A stretch of 62,920 nt of DNA. It comes from a virus (lineage: Duplodnaviria; Caudoviricetes). Below are positions 58,128 to 62,920 of the stretch, in pieces. Under the pieces are notes generated by a model. The model did no database searches, was not told the DNA's origin, and saw nothing but the letters and a program-made list of their open reading frames with translations. The position numbers and the translations under genes were made by a program. Positions within the stretch are counted from its first letter, which is position 1. Each line of letters begins with the position of its first letter. Location of the stretch: positions 1 to 62,920 of the IMG/VR virus record IMGVR_UViG_3300043391_000241; one strand, given 5' to 3'.

Positions 58128-60377
58128 TTAAGCTTGTTGCTCGCGGAATTGGAGTGCCGATTTTGCATCTCGCATCGATTGCTCCTGATCAAATTTAGCC
58201 TGTCTGATCTTCATGTCAAGTTCTGCTTTTTGTTGTGCGATCTGCATCTTCATCTGATGCTCTTGCATTTTCAATTCCGCGTTGTTCTGAGAAGCCACAG
58301 CGGCTTGATCTTGTTGTGGCATCCCTTCTTGCTGCTGTTGGGCTTGATCCCGTTGGATCTTCTGCAAAGCTTTCGTCGTGTTGTTGATCGCCTCGTCAGC
58401 AATTTGCAGAAGCTGTTTGGATTGTCCAACAATAGATGCGAGCATTGGATCTGCTCCAGCAAACTGGAGTGTCTCAGAGATGTGCTGGTAAAAGGCTTGA
58501 AGAATCGGCAGTACTTGTTGTGGATCGGCTGCGCCAGTGTTGATCTGTTCGATGATCTGGTTGAGCAACGGCAAGTGTGCTTGCAAGTGCATCCCGTGCA
58601 TTTCAGACGGAAGCACTGGAACTGGCTGTCCAGCTTGAAGCTGCTGGTTCTCAAAGTAGGCAATCTTGACATCGACAGTCTGACGATCTTCAGTCTCCTT
58701 CGGAACGTAACGATCTGCGAGATCATGGCCCACGCGTGTGCTAACGATATCCCGTGTCAAGTTCCTGCGACCGACTTCATCGAACGTGCCAGACATGGCT
58801 TGCAATTCGCGAAGTGCAACAACACGATTTGCTTGTGAGCCGCCGCCGACGGAACGAACTGCCCGCGTCTTGTTCAGATCAAGCGACTTGATAAATTCCA
58901 GTTCTACTCCGCGAGCCTCACATCTCGCGAAGAACTCGCGAACTGCTGGATCAGGTCTTTTGAGATTAATGACGCGCCTTACAATCTCCCTCATCAAACG
59001 GCTCCAAGCGGAGTAGAACAGATTTAAGCTCGCGCCTGAAAGACGCGTTGCAACATCGATGTCAGACATAACCTGCATCTGGTTCCTGTACGGTGATCCC
59101 TGATTCGGGCCGTAGGTAGAAACAGTGTCGGTGTTCTGTTGCAGTTGATTTGTGAGATCCTGCAAGGCTGGCATTACTGCCTGTGAGAGATTCGGGATCG
59201 CCTTCTCGACGATCTTTACGTTTGGCGAAACAATTGCATACGCGCCGTAGTAGGTGAACTGCAACTCGTCTAGAGCGCGTTGCGATTCAGGCTGGAGCAT
59301 CACAGCAGAACTTAGCATCGCGCCGTCGATCATCTGACAACGCAAACGATTGCTCGTCTGAATGTGGTTGAAGATCCGCTGGCCCAATCCGCGAATCGAG
59401 TGGAATGTTCCGTTGGAACCGACGCCGTATGTGAACATCACATAAGCTTGTTCGGGCGAGGCATAGCGTGAAACTTTCTTGTAGATGAAGTCTTTAGGAG
59501 TGTCTTCCGCGCAGATAAAGTGCGAGACAGTGCCGTCCATCTCGCGAACTAAGAAGTGCAATACAGCGACAGTAGGATTCTGGAGTCCAGTGTAGAGATC
59601 GTTGTTCTTAAGCTCCTGTTGGATCGCTTCCCAATCGGTGTATAGCGAACCGCCTTCGCTGTAGCGACGGCCCGTTGTCTTGACGTTTTTGACAATGATC
59701 CGCTTTACTTCGTCAGGAAGCCAGCCGATCTTCGTAGCGACATCTTCGTTCTTGATGAACGAGAAGAGTTCGTGCAACAAGTAGTCACGCCTGATGACAG
59801 CTACGTCTACTGCGTTCTCTGAGGAAGGGGTCTGGCGCGGAATGAGGATATCTGTGAACCCGCCGACACGAAACTTCCAGTCGTCAGGCGAATCGAAGTA
59901 GGCGACGCCGACTCCGTGTTTGATGAACGTCGTGCAGAGGCGCAAGTAGCTGCTGTGAAACTCAGGCCAGTTACGCAGCAAGTGGGTAAACTCTTCTGCG
60001 ATTACGTCCTGCTTGTAGCCCATCTGGCTCTGCTCGCCCAACGTGCCTTTGACTTCGACGAGACACTCAAGCGAACTGTAGAGGTCAACGTAAGCGGAGA
60101 GGGAGATGTCCAACAAGCGTTGAGCTTCTCCGAAGTTTAGGTTCGTTTTGAGTTGCTGGTTTGTGGCAAGCAGTTTTGCATTATCGTAAGGAGCCGCGCC
60201 GTCGAACATCCCGTCGATCCGCGCACGGACAACAGAAGACTTCTCGTCGCCCCTACGCAATGAAGCAAAAATGGAAAGCGCACTAGCTACGTCTTTAAGT
60301 CTGGACTCAACGGGCTTCCCTTTCTCATCTAGCGAAAGCAAATCGAGTCCGTTGATGTCTAAGTGGCTTGCCAACAT
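58128..60377 (-). CDS. Portal protein (putative)
   Basis: 749 aa, Q-rich coiled-coil C-terminus, first large gene of the head module. Confidence 0.75.
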   Translation of the reverse strand: MLASHLDINGLDLLSLDEKGKPVESRLKDVASALSIFASLRRGDEKSSVVRARIDGMFDGAAPYDNAKLLATNQQLKTNLNFGEAQRLLDISLSAYVDLYSSLECLVEVKGTLGEQSQMGYKQDVIAEEFTHLLRNWPEFHSSYLRLCTTFIKHGVGVAYFDSPDDWKFRVGGFTDILIPRQTPSSENAVDVAVIRRDYLLHELFSFIKNEDVATKIGWLPDEVKRIIVKNVKTTGRRYSEGGSLYTDWEAIQQELKNNDLYTGLQNPTVAVLHFLVREMDGTVSHFICAEDTPKDFIYKKVSRYASPEQAYVMFTYGVGSNGTFHSIRGLGQRIFNHIQTSNRLRCQMIDGAMLSSAVMLQPESQRALDELQFTYYGAYAIVSPNVKIVEKAIPNLSQAVMPALQDLTNQLQQNTDTVSTYGPNQGSPYRNQMQVMSDIDVATRLSGASLNLFYSAWSRLMREIVRRVINLKRPDPAVREFFARCEARGVELEFIKSLDLNKTRAVRSVGGGSQANRVVALRELQAMSGTFDEVGRRNLTRDIVSTRVGHDLADRYVPKETEDRQTVDVKIAYFENQQLQAGQPVPVLPSEMHGMHLQAHLPLLNQIIEQINTGAADPQQVLPILQAFYQHISETLQFAGADPMLASIVGQSKQLLQIADEAINNTTKALQKIQRDQAQQQQEGMPQQDQAAVASQNNAELKMQEHQMKMQIAQQKAELDMKIRQAKFDQEQSMRDAKSALQFREQQA

Positions 60378-60416
60378 TCACAGCAGAATAACGAATCCGC
60401 AGAAGTTGTCAACACT

Positions 60417-60860
60417 TTATTCGCTTTGAGCTGTACCCCATGTCTGTTCCATGAGTCGTTTAACATTGATCGTTCGCTGCTGTCCGAACTTGTTGGCGAT
60501 CCTGACGTAGCGGTTGTTGCCTTTGAAGTGTTCCTTCAAGATGAAAGGCTCGCCAGCATTCGGACCTTTGCAAGCTGGCTTTAAGCACCAGATGGCTCCG
60601 TAGGGCGTCACGCCGTATTTCTGGTTGTCTGGCAGCGGGCGTATCTGTTCGCGTGATAGCGTGTCCTTTGCAGCGTTCGTATGGCAGGAATCATGGCACA
60701 GGTAAAAGGGTCGGCCAGCAGAGTCGCGAATGTGCGATCTCCAGCGTCCGCTAACCCACTGGCGTTTGATTCTCCGCTTCGTCTTTACATTGTACACGTA
60801 GCCGCTTTCGGCTAAGGCGTAGTCGGGAGCGTTCGATAATGGTTTCAGTTCAGTTTGCAT
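60417..60860 (-). CDS. Tandem NUMOD4-like domain protein
   Basis: Two units: KPLSNAPDYALAESGYVYN and RPLPDNQKYGVTPYGAIW. Confidence 0.55.
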   Translation of the reverse strand: MQTELKPLSNAPDYALAESGYVYNVKTKRRIKRQWVSGRWRSHIRDSAGRPFYLCHDSCHTNAAKDTLSREQIRPLPDNQKYGVTPYGAIWCLKPACKGPNAGEPFILKEHFKGNNRYVRIANKFGQQRTINVKRLMEQTWGTAQSE

Positions 60861-60897
60861 ATGGTCAGGCGTTCAGGTTGGTGTCAGGCTTTATTTT

Positions 60898-61058
60898 GTC
60901 AATTATTTTCTGCTATACAATATAAAAAGTCTTATTTAGAAGTCCTTCACTAATGTGTCGGACACATTAGTGAACAGTGTTATGATAAGACTTTTTAACT
61001 TACAAATCGTAGGGACTTATTAGTTACCGATAAACACTAGGATTTCTGCGAACTATGA
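60898..61058. repeat. Dispersed repeat, copy 3 (nested palindrome 60924-60996)
   Basis: Near-identical to 163-323. Confidence 0.95.
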
Positions 61059-61117
61059 CGCTGTTTTTGGCTTCGTCAATTCTTTTCTGCTGAGTTGGGA
61101 CATATTAAGGAAAAGTG

Positions 61118-61369
61118 TTACATATTAGTTTTTACAGAACTAGCCTCTTTTGCTCGATTTGCACGGTGTTCCCTGATTCGCGCACGATTCTCCAGATAGT
61201 ACGCACGCTGGTACTCGCGCTGCTTTTCATATTTCTCTGGCTCAAGCGTTTCTTGCAATTCTCGCTTACGCTTAACAAGTTGTGCATTGTTCCTGTAATA
61301 GGCTTTCTGATACGTGAGTCGGGAATCCCGATTCGTTTTGTAGTACTCTTGCTTCTTTTGGTCTGGCAT
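61118..61369 (-). CDS. Small basic helical protein (YY-xx-NR repeats)
   Basis: ATG at 61369 follows a TTGACA promoter-like element. Confidence 0.6.
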   Translation of the reverse strand: MPDQKKQEYYKTNRDSRLTYQKAYYRNNAQLVKRKRELQETLEPEKYEKQREYQRAYYLENRARIREHRANRAKEASSVKTNM

Positions 61370-61570
61370 GGACAGACTGTTAAGCCGATTTGGAGGGCTG
61401 TCAATTTTTTTCTCTACACATATACACACGCACACATGTGGCACGAAAAAGCCGACCCCCACCCGTAGCGTGGTTCCCGATTCCTGATACAATATGCATG
61501 GTTCATGGCGCGGGGGACGGGAAGCGGGGTGCGTGGGAAGGTGTGGAGGTGACGGGGTGCATGGCGCGGG

Positions 61571-61586
61571 TGTCATATTTATGACG
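61571..61586 (-). promoter_or_regulatory. Palindrome site in reverse orientation (TGTCATATTTATGACG)
   Basis: 15/16 match to the early-region motif. Confidence 0.75.
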
Positions 61587-61665
61587 GGTGGGCGGATTTC
61601 ACTCTTCCCCCCTCTTAAGTGAGGGAAGCACCTTAACAACCAAACGCTAACCCCTCAATGAAGTT

Positions 61666-62331
61666 ATGAAAACTACTAAAAACAAAGTTGTGGCAACTCC
61701 AGTTGTCGAAGTTGTCGAAGTTGTCGAAGTTGTCGAAGTTGTCGATGCTAAGGGCGATCATCAGCCCGCGACGATTGCAAACCAGTTCCCAATTGAACTG
61801 GTAGCCTGCGGAGTGAACCTTGCAAAGCAATCAATGAAGGGAAACAAATCCTTCGCGGAGCTTGCAAGCCTTTGCATAGTCCAAGGAGTGGATTGGCAAG
61901 CACTGATCAAATTTGCCTATGTCGAAGCGGGCGGAATCGGTAGGGATGCGCGTGGGACAATTACAAATTGCTCCAAGTTCATCGCGGCGTCACTCGCCGT
62001 TCGCGAAGGTAAGCTAGATGCCCGCGAATTCGCGAACCTCAAGACGGATGTCGCGTCTGCCGCTTTCAAGCAAGCGGGCGGCATGAAAGACGGCGGGCTG
62101 AATCCCGACGAATGGCTTGAAGCCTATCGTAATCCCGCCGCAAAGGCGGAAGCGGGCGGCGGTGAAGCGGGCGGTGAAGCGGGCGGTGAAGCGGGCGGCG
62201 GCGGAAAGCCTATGTCACCCGATGCCTTTGTTCTCGCGCTCATCTTGCAGAAACGAAATGAGATGAGCGTAGAAGGGCGGAAAGCTGCCGCCGCCGCGCT
62301 CATTGAAGGTATGACGAAGGCCGACTTATAA
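61666..62331 (+). CDS. Hypothetical protein with VVE and EAGG repeats
   Basis: 221-aa ORF followed by terminators. Confidence 0.7.
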   Translation: MKTTKNKVVATPVVEVVEVVEVVEVVDAKGDHQPATIANQFPIELVACGVNLAKQSMKGNKSFAELASLCIVQGVDWQALIKFAYVEAGGIGRDARGTITNCSKFIAASLAVREGKLDAREFANLKTDVASAAFKQAGGMKDGGLNPDEWLEAYRNPAAKAEAGGGEAGGEAGGEAGGGGKPMSPDAFVLALILQKRNEMSVEGRKAAAAALIEGMTKADL

Positions 62332-62333
62332 AC

Positions 62334-62410
62334 CACTTTGCCCGCCCTTGAAAAAGGGCGGGCATTTGCTTGTTCACTTTGCCCGCCCTTGAAAAAGGGC
62401 GGGCTTTTTG
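62334..62410 (+). terminator. Duplicated intrinsic terminator GCCCGCCCTT-GAAA-AAGGGCGGGC
   Basis: Two tandem copies, the second followed by TTTTT. Confidence 0.88.
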
Positions 62411-62412
62411 CT

Positions 62413-62920
62413 TGTCACGCTGTCACGCTGTCACGCTGTCACGCTCTCACGCTGTCACGCTGTCACGCTGTCACCTGTCACGCTCTCACGCTGTCACGCT
62501 GTCACGCTGTCACGCTGTCACGCTGTCACGCTGTCACGCTGTCACGCTGTCACGCTGTCACGCTGTCACGCTCTCACGCTGTCACGCTGTCACGCTCTCA
62601 CGCTGTCACCTGTCACGCTGTCACCTGTCACGCTCTCACGCTGTCACGCTGTCACGCTGTCACGCTGTCACGCTGTCACGCTGTCACGCTGTCACGCTGT
62701 CACGCTCTCACGCTGTCACCTGTCACGCTGTCACCTGTCACGCTCTCACGCTGTCACGCTGTCACGCTGTCACGCTGTCACGCTGTCACGCTGTCACGCT
62801 GTCACGCTGTCACGCTGTCACGCTGTCACGCTCTCACGCTGTCACCTGTCACGCTGTCACGCTGTCACGCTGTCACCTGTCACCTGTCACGCTGTCACCT
62901 GTCACGCTGTCACCTGTCAC
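62413..62920. repeat. Octamer satellite (CTGTCACG)n with CTCTCACG and CTGTCAC variants
   Basis: Continuous ~500 bp to the window end. Confidence 0.97.

Noticed and set aside
55408-58838. Long + strand ORFs (55408..56145, 57996..58838)
   Set aside because: Antisense shadows of the capsid and portal genes with no recognisable motifs

Overview
The window looks like a near-complete ~63 kb genome of a lytic, podovirus-like tailed dsDNA phage, opened inside tandem-repeat arrays at both ends. I saw no integrase, CI-type repressor, RNA polymerase or methyltransferase. Layout: (i) 0.5-8.7 kb, + strand early region with strong repeated sigma70 promoters, a Gp88-like protein and a DUF3150-like/AAA ATPase/metallopeptidase-VWA module; (ii) 8.7-23.7 kb, - strand, three apparently Cys-free putative ejection proteins (one 3729 aa) and TerL; (iii) 23.7-39.5 kb, + strand replication/nucleotide region (RuvC, SF2 helicase, RNA ligase, DUF5664, DUF2800 nuclease, family A polymerase, primase-helicase); (iv) 39.5-61.4 kb, - strand lysis, tail, capsid, scaffold and portal genes. 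The most striking signals are non-coding: a 16-bp palindrome TGTCATA-AA-TATGACA at nine early-region positions and in a six-copy terminal array; a thrice-repeated 73-bp nested palindrome; a non-canonical CCA-ending tRNA-like cloverleaf near the RNA ligase; a pseudoknot-capable leader RNA; and apparent genome-wide CCNGG avoidance that has removed Pro-Gly from conserved protein motifs. All family calls come from motif recognition by eye, not from searches. The host cannot be determined from the sequence; non-Shine-Dalgarno, A/C-rich starts are compatible with hosts such as Verrucomicrobia or Bacteroidota.
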